A DNA stretch of 64,000 nt from Eubacteriales bacterium (lineage in GTDB: Bacteria > Bacillota > Clostridia > Oscillospirales > CAG-272), in assembly GCA_045651985.1 (NCBI GenBank), contig JAZRTK010000026.1, forward strand, positions 36,634 through 100,633. The letters are read 5' to 3'. The position numbers and the translations under genes were made by a program. The notes under the pieces were generated by a model. The model ran no database searches. It was not told the DNA's origin and saw only the letters and a list, made by a program, of their open reading frames with translations. Below are positions 56,243-64,000 of this stretch, piece by piece. Each line of letters opens with the position of its first letter. Position 1 is the first letter of the stretch.

Positions 56243-57526
56243 ATGAACACAAAAGAACTTATCCGTGCATTTGAAAGCGGTACGGCAGACAAAATTCTGA
56301 CCGAACTTTACGGCGCAAAGAATATTGAAAGGCAGAAGGAGAGATATATTTCCGCCATCGAAAAATTCGCGGAGCTCTACGGAGAGGACCGTGAGGTCAA
56401 CGCATACTCTGTTGCGGGCAGAACCGAGATCTCGGGCAACCACACCGACCACAACTACGGCCGTGTTATCGCCGCGTCCCTGGACCTTGACATTATCGCT
56501 GTCGCCTCCCCTGCCGCAGGCAGTTCTATCCGCGTGCATAGCGAGGGCTTTGGCGAGCAGAAGGTGGATTTCGAAGCGTACAGCGTACCCGACGAGGCAA
56601 AATTCGGAACCTCCGAATCTATAATTGCGGGAATGTGCGCGGGATTCAAGAAGAACGGCCACAAGGTGGGCGGCTTTGACGCTTACGCCACATCAAACGT
56701 ACTCAAGGGCTCGGGAATGTCTTCCTCTGCCGCGTACGAGGATATGATCGGCAACATTCTCAGCCATATTTATAACGACGGCAAGGTGGATAACGTTGAG
56801 ATCGCAATGCTTGCGCAGTATGCCGAGAACGAGTTCTTCGGCAAGCCCTGCGGACTTATGGATCAGGTTGCCTGCGCAGCAGGCGGTATCGTGGGTATCG
56901 ATTTTGCAGACCCTGCAGCTCCCGTCATTGAAAAGCTTGATTTTGATATTACGGGTGCGGGCTATAACCTTTGCATCGTCGATACGGGCGGAAACCACGC
57001 AGACCTTACGGATGACTACGCGTCCGTCCCTGCCGAGATGAAGTCGGTGGCATCTCATTTCGGAAAGAAAGTACTCCGCGAGCTTGACGAGGAAACGGTT
57101 ATTGCAGATATCCCCGCGCTTCGCGAAAAGGTTGGCGACCGCGCCGTTTTACGCGCGCTTCATTTCTTTGCTGAAAACAAGCGGGTCGGTGAGATGAACG
57201 ATGCCTTGCGCGCAGGCGATCTTGACGCATTCCTTGCAGGAATTTTAGCATCGGGACGCTCCAGCTTCTGCTATCTGCAGAACGTATATACAACAAAGAA
57301 CCTGTCCGAGCAGGGACTTTCGCTCGCCCTCTGCCTTGCCGATAAGTACCTGTCGGGGGCACGTGCCGCGTTCCGCGTTCACGGCGGCGGCTTTGCGGGA
57401 ACGATTCAGGCGTTTGTTCCGAGCCATCTGGCGGAAGGCTTCCGCGCACTTATGGACGGAGCTTTCGGAGAAGGTGCTTGTCTGATACTTAACATTCGCC
57501 CGTACGGCGCGCTCCGCGTTCTGTGA
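56243..57526 (+). CDS. galK: galactokinase (GHMP kinase)
   Basis: GRTEISGNHTDHNYG galactokinase signature and the GSGMSSSAA GHMP ATP motif. Confidence 0.92.
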   Translation: MNTKELIRAFESGTADKILTELYGAKNIERQKERYISAIEKFAELYGEDREVNAYSVAGRTEISGNHTDHNYGRVIAASLDLDIIAVASPAAGSSIRVHSEGFGEQKVDFEAYSVPDEAKFGTSESIIAGMCAGFKKNGHKVGGFDAYATSNVLKGSGMSSSAAYEDMIGNILSHIYNDGKVDNVEIAMLAQYAENEFFGKPCGLMDQVACAAGGIVGIDFADPAAPVIEKLDFDITGAGYNLCIVDTGGNHADLTDDYASVPAEMKSVASHFGKKVLRELDEETVIADIPALREKVGDRAVLRALHFFAENKRVGEMNDALRAGDLDAFLAGILASGRSSFCYLQNVYTTKNLSEQGLSLALCLADKYLSGARAAFRVHGGGFAGTIQAFVPSHLAEGFRALMDGAFGEGACLILNIRPYGALRVL

Positions 57527-57957
57527 TGGGAAAGAAGAGAAAAAACACGGCGGCGGCAGAAAAGACCGCCGAGGGCAAGAGAGGAAGCAGAAAAATTCTG
57601 CTTCCTCTGCTCCTGCTTGCAAATACCGTTATAGCGGCGGTCGTCTATTTTGCGCTTTTGAACTACGTGCGCCCCGAGCCCGTGCTTATGGTATATATGA
57701 CGGTCTTTGCGGCGGCGCTTATTTTCTACGTCTGCTACAATCGCGGTTTTTTTGCCAAGGGTCTTACCCCCGACCGTCTGCCCGACACGATGACATCTCA
57801 GCAGAAGTCGGATTTTATTGCGGACGTGAAAAGACGGGAGCAGAGGTCGAAATGGGTGGTCGTTTTCGGCTTTCCCTTTGGCTTTGCCCTGCTTTTTGAC
57901 AGCCTTTCCTGGCTTGCAGAGGACATAATTTCTCAGTTTTCAATACTTTTTAAATAA
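57523..57957 (+). CDS. hypothetical membrane protein
   Basis: Basic N-terminus then three hydrophobic helices. The start overlaps the galK stop. Confidence 0.5.
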   Translation: MMGKKRKNTAAAEKTAEGKRGSRKILLPLLLLANTVIAAVVYFALLNYVRPEPVLMVYMTVFAAALIFYVCYNRGFFAKGLTPDRLPDTMTSQQKSDFIADVKRREQRSKWVVVFGFPFGFALLFDSLSWLAEDIISQFSILFK

Positions 57958-57959
57958 AA

Positions 57960-58745
57960 ATGGCAAATAATTCAGTTTACACCCTTTATTCAGGGTCGGA
58001 AGGAAACGCTGTATATTTTAACCTTGCGGGACACCAATTTCTTATTGACGCGGGCAAGAGCGCAAGGTCGCTGTGCGCAGCGCTGCGTGAGATCGGCTCG
58101 GATATTTCAAAGATCGAGGCGATATTTATTACCCACGAGCATTCGGACCACACCTCCGCTCTTGAAATACTTGAAAAATACAATTCCATACCCATACATA
58201 TAGCTGCCCGCTCGGCGGAGAAGCTGAAAAGCGGAAAAAATCAGTACCTTTTGCCAAACCTCGTGACCCACCCGCCGATATTTTGCGAGCGTCTGGGCTG
58301 CGTAAAAATAAGCTCCTTTGAGACTCTCCACGACAGCAGATGCAGCGTGGGATACAGGATCGAGTTCGCCGATAGCGAGGGCGACCATAAAATAGGCCTT
58401 GCCACCGATATGGGGCGGGTGACCGATGCTGTACGGCGAGGCTTGACGGGCTGCGGCAGCGTTATAATTGAGTCGAATCACGATGTGGAGATGCTTTTGT
58501 GCGGACCTTATCCCGAGCACCTTAAAATGCGGATACTTTCCGACCACGGGCACCTTTGCAACGCCGACTGCGCGGCATTCGCCGCGGAGCTTGCCCGCGA
58601 TGGAACAAAGCGATTTTTGCTTGCCCACCTGAGCGAGGAGAACAATGATCGCGAATTGGCGCTCTGCGAGGTGCGGGCAGCCATAGGTGACGATTCCGTC
58701 ACCGTCGGCGTTGCCGACCGTCACGAGCCGACAAGATTGATTTAA
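57960..58745 (+). CDS. MBL-fold metallo-hydrolase
   Basis: The ITHEHSDH motif plus downstream His/Asp ligands. Confidence 0.8.
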   Translation: MANNSVYTLYSGSEGNAVYFNLAGHQFLIDAGKSARSLCAALREIGSDISKIEAIFITHEHSDHTSALEILEKYNSIPIHIAARSAEKLKSGKNQYLLPNLVTHPPIFCERLGCVKISSFETLHDSRCSVGYRIEFADSEGDHKIGLATDMGRVTDAVRRGLTGCGSVIIESNHDVEMLLCGPYPEHLKMRILSDHGHLCNADCAAFAAELARDGTKRFLLAHLSEENNDRELALCEVRAAIGDDSVTVGVADRHEPTRLI

Positions 58746-58902
58746 CATACCCATTGAAAAGGGGGCGACTCCCCAATCCAACAAAAAATGATGGCCGGAC
58801 TGAAAGGCCTTATTGTATTCCCAATCCCTAAATTAAAAGTTTTGCGGGGTTTGGGGCGCTTTTTCAAAAGCACCCCATGCTTTCCCCCCTTCGGAGGTCA
58901 CT

Positions 58903-60762
58903 ATGGACGAAAAATACAGCAGCTTGCTAAAAAGCGTGCAGAAGCCGGGCAGATACAGCGGCGGCGAGTACGGACAGACTATAAAAGATCTGTCGGACGG
59001 TCGTGTAAAAGCCAGATTTGCCTTCTGCTTCCCCGACACGTATGAAATAGGAATGTCAAATCTTGGAGTGCGTATCCTTTACGGTGCGCTGAACCGTGAG
59101 GAAGATATCTGGTGCGAACGCGCCTACGCGCCCTGGGCGGACATGGAAGAAAAGATGCTCGAGCACGACATTCCTCTTTGCGCTCTGGAGAGCGGAGACC
59201 CGTTGTCGGTCTTTGACATCGTGGGCTTTACGCTCCAGTACGAAATGTGCTATACGAACGTGCTCCAGATGCTGAAATTGGCAAAGATACCGCTGAAAAG
59301 CGAGGACAGAACAAACGACCAGCCGATCATTATCGGCGGCGGTCCCTGCAGCTACAACCCCGAGCCATTGGCAGACTTTTTCGACTGCTTTTCTATCGGG
59401 GAGGGCGAGGATATGCTGGTGGAGTTTACAAAATTGCTCATTGAGGAAAAGGCGAAGGGCAACTTTGACCGCCGCGAATTTCTGCACTACGCTGCCACGA
59501 AAATAAAAGGGCTTTACGTGCCCTCGCTCTATGAGGTTACGTATAAAGAGGACGGCACCATCGGCTCCTTTGAGCCGATCTTTTCCGACGTGCCAAAGCG
59601 CGTCACCAAGCGCATCATGCGCGATATGGATAAGGCGTACTTCCCCGAAAAGGTTGTAATGCCCTATATTGAAACGGTTCAGGACAGGATCATGCTTGAG
59701 GTCTACCGCGGCTGTATCCGCGGCTGCCGTTTCTGTCAGGCGGGTATGATCTACCGCCCCGTGCGTGAAAAAACGCCCGAGGTGCTCTGCCGTCAGGCGA
59801 AGTGCCTGTACGAAAACACGGGCTACGACGAAATTTCGCTGTCGTCTCTGTCTATCAGCGACTACACGGAGATAGAAAAGCTGACCACAAAGCTCCTTGA
59901 ATGGACTGACGACAAAAAGGTAAACCTGTCCTTGCCGTCATTGCGCGTAGATAGCTTTACCAAGGAATTGATGGAAAAAATTGCGTCTGTGCGCTCAAGC
60001 TCGCTGACCTTTGCCCCCGAGGCGGGAACTCAGAGACTCCGCGACGTTATCAACAAAAACGTATGTGAGGAGGACCTCTTTCACGCGGTTGGCGTAGCAT
60101 TTGACGCGGGCAAGACGACGGTCAAGCTATATTTTATGAACGGACTGCCCACAGAAACAGCCGACGACCTGCTTGGAATCCCCAAGCTTGCCTCCGATGT
60201 GGTGCATCAGTTCTATATCAACCCCAATCGCCCAAAAGGCAAGTCGCCGCAGGTGACTATCAGCGTGGCTTGCTTTGTCCCCAAGCCCTTTACGCCTTTC
60301 CAGTGGGAAAGGCAGGACACGGTTGAGGAGCTGACCGAAAAGAACGAGTTTATCTATCAGAACGTGACCGACCGTAAGGTCAGATACACTCACCACGACC
60401 CAAAGACGTCTCACATTGAGTGTGTTTTGGCGCGCGGCGACCGCCGACTGGGACGCGCGCTTCTTGAAGCGTCCGACCGCGGCTTCCACTTTGACGCATG
60501 GGACGAATATTTCGACTATGATAAGTGGCTTGAGGTGTTCGAAACGACGGGGATCGACCCTGCGTTTTACGCAAACCGTCAGTGGGGATTTGATGAAATT
60601 CTCCCTTGGGATGTAATCGATTGCGGAGTTTCAAAAGAATTTTTCCGCCGAGAGCGCGACCGCGCCTACGGCGAGGTGACGACCCCCTCCTGCCGCGAAA
60701 AGTGCAGCGGCTGCGGGGCAAATAAGCTGGGAGGTGAGCGCACGTGTTGCCCTCAGGCATGA
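58903..60762 (+). CDS. B12-binding-domain radical SAM protein (TIGR03960-like)
   Basis: The N-terminus KPGRYSGGEYG, YRGCIRGCRFCQAG, and pairing with the following DUF2344-like gene. Confidence 0.85.
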   Translation: MDEKYSSLLKSVQKPGRYSGGEYGQTIKDLSDGRVKARFAFCFPDTYEIGMSNLGVRILYGALNREEDIWCERAYAPWADMEEKMLEHDIPLCALESGDPLSVFDIVGFTLQYEMCYTNVLQMLKLAKIPLKSEDRTNDQPIIIGGGPCSYNPEPLADFFDCFSIGEGEDMLVEFTKLLIEEKAKGNFDRREFLHYAATKIKGLYVPSLYEVTYKEDGTIGSFEPIFSDVPKRVTKRIMRDMDKAYFPEKVVMPYIETVQDRIMLEVYRGCIRGCRFCQAGMIYRPVREKTPEVLCRQAKCLYENTGYDEISLSSLSISDYTEIEKLTTKLLEWTDDKKVNLSLPSLRVDSFTKELMEKIASVRSSSLTFAPEAGTQRLRDVINKNVCEEDLFHAVGVAFDAGKTTVKLYFMNGLPTETADDLLGIPKLASDVVHQFYINPNRPKGKSPQVTISVACFVPKPFTPFQWERQDTVEELTEKNEFIYQNVTDRKVRYTHHDPKTSHIECVLARGDRRLGRALLEASDRGFHFDAWDEYFDYDKWLEVFETTGIDPAFYANRQWGFDEILPWDVIDCGVSKEFFRRERDRAYGEVTTPSCREKCSGCGANKLGGERTCCPQA

Positions 60763-61451
60763 TATCAAAGGAAAATCCTCAGCCTATCAGGATAAAATTC
60801 AAAAAGGTGGGCAATCTGCAGTATATCTCTCACCTTGACCTTCAAAGGACGTTTGAAAAGGTCATCGTGCGCTCGGGAATACCCGCTTGGTACACCATGG
60901 GCTTCAACCCCCACGCGAAAATGGTGTTCGGTCTGCCATTGTCGGTGGGCTGTCAGAGCGTTTGCGAGTATCTGGATATAAAAATCACCGAATATATGAC
61001 CTTCAACGAGATAAAGGCACGTCTGAAAACGGCGTTGACGGAGGAGCTGGACGTGATCGAGGTCTACGAGCCTCAGATGAAGCTCACCGACATCGGCGCT
61101 GCCCGCTACATACTTACCATCGAAACTGCGGGTGCGTGCCAGGAGCTTGCAGACAAAGCAAGGGAGCTTTTTTCAAAGCCCGTCATGATGGAAAAGAAGG
61201 GCAAGGCAGGGGTAAAAGAGATAGATATTACGAAAATGATAAAATCTCTCGACGTTCGCTATGACCCCGAGACCGACCGTATCGTAATTGATACCACGGT
61301 GTCGGCGGGTCAGTCGGAAACGCTTAATCCCGAGATGATGGTCACGGCTTTGCGTGAAAATCTCGGTTTTCTGTCGGGCGACATTCTGTCCGAGCATTAC
61401 AGTATTATGAGAGAAGAAATCTTTAATTTGAACGGCGAGGCATTCAGATAA
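60744..61451 (+). CDS. radical-SAM-associated protein (TIGR03936/DUF2344-like)
   Basis: IRIKFKKVGNLQYISHLDLQRTFEKVIVRSGIP is typical of the family. The start is ambiguous (60744 or ATG 60759). Confidence 0.75.
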   Translation: MLPSGMISKENPQPIRIKFKKVGNLQYISHLDLQRTFEKVIVRSGIPAWYTMGFNPHAKMVFGLPLSVGCQSVCEYLDIKITEYMTFNEIKARLKTALTEELDVIEVYEPQMKLTDIGAARYILTIETAGACQELADKARELFSKPVMMEKKGKAGVKEIDITKMIKSLDVRYDPETDRIVIDTTVSAGQSETLNPEMMVTALRENLGFLSGDILSEHYSIMREEIFNLNGEAFR

Positions 61452-62273
61452 ATGTTTGAAAAAATTACCGCCGAAAACGGCGTCGTTTTCTTCCGTTCGA
61501 CGCTTTTGCCCTGTCCACATGGGTTTTCCGCAAGGATAGGGGGCAAAAGCGCGTTGGCACACACATCGTCGCTGAATCTGGCGTTCCGTCGTGGCGACGA
61601 CGAGGAGACCGTGCTTGAAAATCTCAGACTTTTTGGTCAGGCTGTGGGGTTCGACTGTTCAAAGACGGTTTCGCTTCATCAAGTTCACTCGGCTCGTGTG
61701 CGTGAGGTGACCTCAGAGGATGCGGGGCTGGGATATTTTGTACCCACCGACGAGTGTGCCGACGGCTACGTAACGTTGGAAAAGGGACTTCCCGTGGGCG
61801 TAAAAAACGCCGACTGCACCCCCGTGCTTTTCGCGTGGGTGAAGGACGGCACCGCACAAGCGGTTGCCGCCGTTCACGCGGGCTGGCGGGGGACACTTTC
61901 CGAAATCTCGCTTGAAGCTGTCGGAAGGTTGAGCGAAAAGGGCGCAAAAAAAGACGAGATATTTGCCGCAATAGGGCCGTCTATCGGCGTTTGCTGCTAC
62001 GAGGTCGGGAAGGACTTTTACGATGCGTTCAGAGAAAAGTACGGCGAGGATTTTTGCCGTGAATTTATACCCGAAAGCAAACAAAAAGACGGAAAATATT
62101 TTGCCCACGTGGCAAAAATGAACCTGTGGCAGCTGAAAAACGCGGGGATTCCCGAAGAAAACATCGACCTTTTTTCGCTTTGCACCTCCTGCGAGGAGGA
62201 GCTGTTCTATTCCCACCGCAAGTCCCGAGGGCTGCGCGGCACCATGCTGTCGGTGGTTACCAAGCCCCTTTAA
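61452..62273 (+). CDS. pgeF: peptidoglycan editing factor PgeF / YfiH (DUF152, laccase-domain) family
   Basis: QVHSARV, NADCTPVLF, AAVHAGWRGT and CTSCEEELFYSHR are family hallmarks. Confidence 0.85.
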   Translation: MFEKITAENGVVFFRSTLLPCPHGFSARIGGKSALAHTSSLNLAFRRGDDEETVLENLRLFGQAVGFDCSKTVSLHQVHSARVREVTSEDAGLGYFVPTDECADGYVTLEKGLPVGVKNADCTPVLFAWVKDGTAQAVAAVHAGWRGTLSEISLEAVGRLSEKGAKKDEIFAAIGPSIGVCCYEVGKDFYDAFREKYGEDFCREFIPESKQKDGKYFAHVAKMNLWQLKNAGIPEENIDLFSLCTSCEEELFYSHRKSRGLRGTMLSVVTKPL

Positions 62274-62304
62274 AAAGGTGGCTGCCCCCAAAAGCTAAAA
62301 CGTC

Positions 62305-62333
62305 AAAAGCAATGGCCGAACACCATTGCTTTT
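62305..62333 (+). terminator. hairpin terminator after pgeF
   Basis: AAAAGCAATGG-ccgaaca-CCATTGCTTTT. Confidence 0.55.
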
Positions 62334-62366
62334 GAGAACGAAAATCCCATAGAAAGGAGACACCAA

Positions 62367-63734
62367 ATGAAAAAAACCATAAAAATTTTCGCCCTTATTT
62401 TGTGCGCAAGTCTCCTTTTGTGCAGTTTTGCCGCTTGCGGCAGGAAGGAAGAGACCGAGGACAGGGATTTTTCCCTTTCCACACTTTCCCCCGTTGACCC
62501 CGATACCGTACCCGAGGGAGCAAAGGAGCTTTCGGCGGTAAGACCCGGCACGTATACCGTTCTTTGCCATAACGGTGCAAACGGTCTGCTGTCCGCGTCG
62601 GGGGAAAGCACCGACAGGGTGGAAAAGGAGATATATCTCCGCAACTCCGAGCTGCGCGACAAATATTCCATAGAGCTTAAAGAGCTGAGCATCACGGGCA
62701 AGACCGTGGATTTCGTGCGAAATTCCACCCTTTCGGGGCTTGTGAGCTACGATATTGCGTCCTTGACGTATAGTGACGCGATGCTTTTGACCGTGTCAAA
62801 TTCTCTTTGTGCGCTGTCGGACCTTGGCGGCTATTATCAAAACAGAGAAATGTTTTCTCCCACACTATCGGTGGGCGGAAAGCAGTATATCGAGGACTTT
62901 AACATCTTCGCGCCGCGAATTGACAGCACCTACGCTCTGGCACTTAACCGCGCGCGCTTAAAAACCACCGCGCTTGAGGAGTCGATCTCGCTTCTTGTGA
63001 CACACGGGGAGTGGACCTACGACGCAGTCCACAGTTTTATGCGCGGAAAAGGTACTATCGGTCTTACCGACGGCGGAATCGACGCTCTTTGGTGCGGTAG
63101 CGGAGTCCGCTTTTATGAAAACGGAATGGGCGACGTTCCGGGATACAGAAAGCTTGATGCAAAAGCAAAAGACGTATATTCTACCCTCAAGCTTGTCAAC
63201 GACGAGGGATATCTGGAAAGAACTGCGTCAGCGGAGGGTGAGAACACCTTTGTGAAGATCGCGAAAAAGACACTTTTTACTATCGGCACGGTCGGACAGA
63301 TAAGGGCGGCAATAGACGAAGGTCTTGATCTTGCTGTTTTGCCCATGCCAAAGCTTGAAAAAGAGGACAAATATAGCTCTTTTGTGTCGCCCGACGCGCT
63401 CTGTACGGTAATACCGTCGGGGGACGAGACGAAAAATTCGGTGGCGTTTGCCCTGACGGGTATGCTCTACGAATACGACCTCGATAAACTCCGCCGCGAG
63501 GAATTTGCGGCACTGTCAGGGGAGGATAATGCGGCGGTCGGCGAGATCTTTGACATGATCCTGTCATCTCGCACGTTTGACCTGCCCGCGCTTTATAACA
63601 TCGGCGGTGTTTACGATTTCCTTGACGACTCCCTGCGCTATAACCTGCTGCCGGACGCCTTTTTGGAGGGAGTTGACGACCGTATCCAGACGGCAGTGGT
63701 GGCAATTGAGATAATGAGAGAGAACGGACGGTAA
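62367..63734 (+). CDS. putative lipoprotein (function unknown, possibly solute-binding-like)
   Basis: Signal peptide with an LCSFAACG lipobox. No firm motif. Confidence 0.55.
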   Translation: MKKTIKIFALILCASLLLCSFAACGRKEETEDRDFSLSTLSPVDPDTVPEGAKELSAVRPGTYTVLCHNGANGLLSASGESTDRVEKEIYLRNSELRDKYSIELKELSITGKTVDFVRNSTLSGLVSYDIASLTYSDAMLLTVSNSLCALSDLGGYYQNREMFSPTLSVGGKQYIEDFNIFAPRIDSTYALALNRARLKTTALEESISLLVTHGEWTYDAVHSFMRGKGTIGLTDGGIDALWCGSGVRFYENGMGDVPGYRKLDAKAKDVYSTLKLVNDEGYLERTASAEGENTFVKIAKKTLFTIGTVGQIRAAIDEGLDLAVLPMPKLEKEDKYSSFVSPDALCTVIPSGDETKNSVAFALTGMLYEYDLDKLRREEFAALSGEDNAAVGEIFDMILSSRTFDLPALYNIGGVYDFLDDSLRYNLLPDAFLEGVDDRIQTAVVAIEIMRENGR

Positions 63735-63749
63735 ACGCCCGTTCTTTTT
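63721..63749 (+). terminator. intrinsic terminator overlapping the lipoprotein stop codon
   Basis: AGAACGG...CCGTTCT followed by TTTTT. Confidence 0.65.
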
Positions 63750-63754
63750 CGCAC

Positions 63755-63783
63755 TTGACTTTTTAATGATTTTACGATATAAT
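63755..63783 (+). promoter_or_regulatory. promoter of RNase P RNA gene
   Basis: TTGACT (63755-63760), 17-nt spacer, TATAAT (63778-63783). Confidence 0.65.
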
Positions 63784-63788
63784 TTACA

Positions 63789-64000
63789 GGCGACCGAGCT
63801 AAGCGATCGCGCGGTATGGTGCCGAAAGGTGTTACCGTGAGGAAAGTCCGGGCTTCACAGGGCAGGATAACTGATAACGTCAGCCGGAGGCGACTCCCGG
63901 GAAAGTGCAACAGAAATAAACCGCCAAGGCGACTTGGTAAGGATGGAAAGGCGAGGTAAGAGCTCACCCAAGGGGCGGGTAACCGTTCTTTGCTGTAAAC
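63789..64000 (+). ncRNA. rnpB: RNase P RNA, bacterial type A, 3' end cut by window edge
   Basis: GAGGAAAGTCCGGGC (from 63839), AGTGCAACAGAAA, GGTAAGAGCTCACC and GGGTAACC..GCTGTAAAC match the conserved type-A core in the order seen in E. coli M1 RNA. Confidence 0.85.

Overview
The window looks like the chromosomal origin region of a Firmicute, probably Clostridia-like: it has a type-A RNase P RNA, B. subtilis-type parS sites, and SipW/sortase-type surface genes. It splits into four parts. (1) nt 1 to ~16.4 kb is a visibly AT-richer accessory block. It holds a seven-gene operon built around a vWA/PP2C/Ser-Thr-kinase (TerY-P-type) triad, extended by an HD-like gene, an unknown gene, a 1,030-aa HerA/FtsK-like ATPase and a tail-anchored Big_2 protein. 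An IS1595-like transposase, a lone dGTPase-like HD protein, an orphan promoter-hairpin-terminator unit (candidate sRNA), a GC-rich non-coding block and a tyrosine recombinase follow. (2) nt 15.9 to 27 kb starts with a promoter-bearing invertible-DNA candidate (three recombinase-type dyad sites, one inverted). Downstream lie a TetR-like gene and a SipW signal-peptidase/TasA-camelysin-like surface-fibre cluster with mosaic paralogs, an (S/P)PXTG sorting signal and a LysM protein. A membrane protein and a strongly promoted 38-aa peptide gene with a lasso-leader-like motif follow. (3) nt 27.3 to 38.1 kb, minus strand: gyrA, gyrB, murE-like, remB-like, recF, dnaN, dnaA, with DnaA-box clusters on both sides of dnaA (bipartite oriC). 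(4) nt 38.3 to 63.7 kb, plus strand, is housekeeping: copZ-like, rarA, mnmG, rsmG, two perfect parS sites, parA, parB, serS, sbcCD-like, galK, radical-SAM genes, pgeF and lipoproteins. It ends in a truncated RNase P RNA. All coordinates were derived by hand and small offsets of a few nt are possible. No homology search was run.
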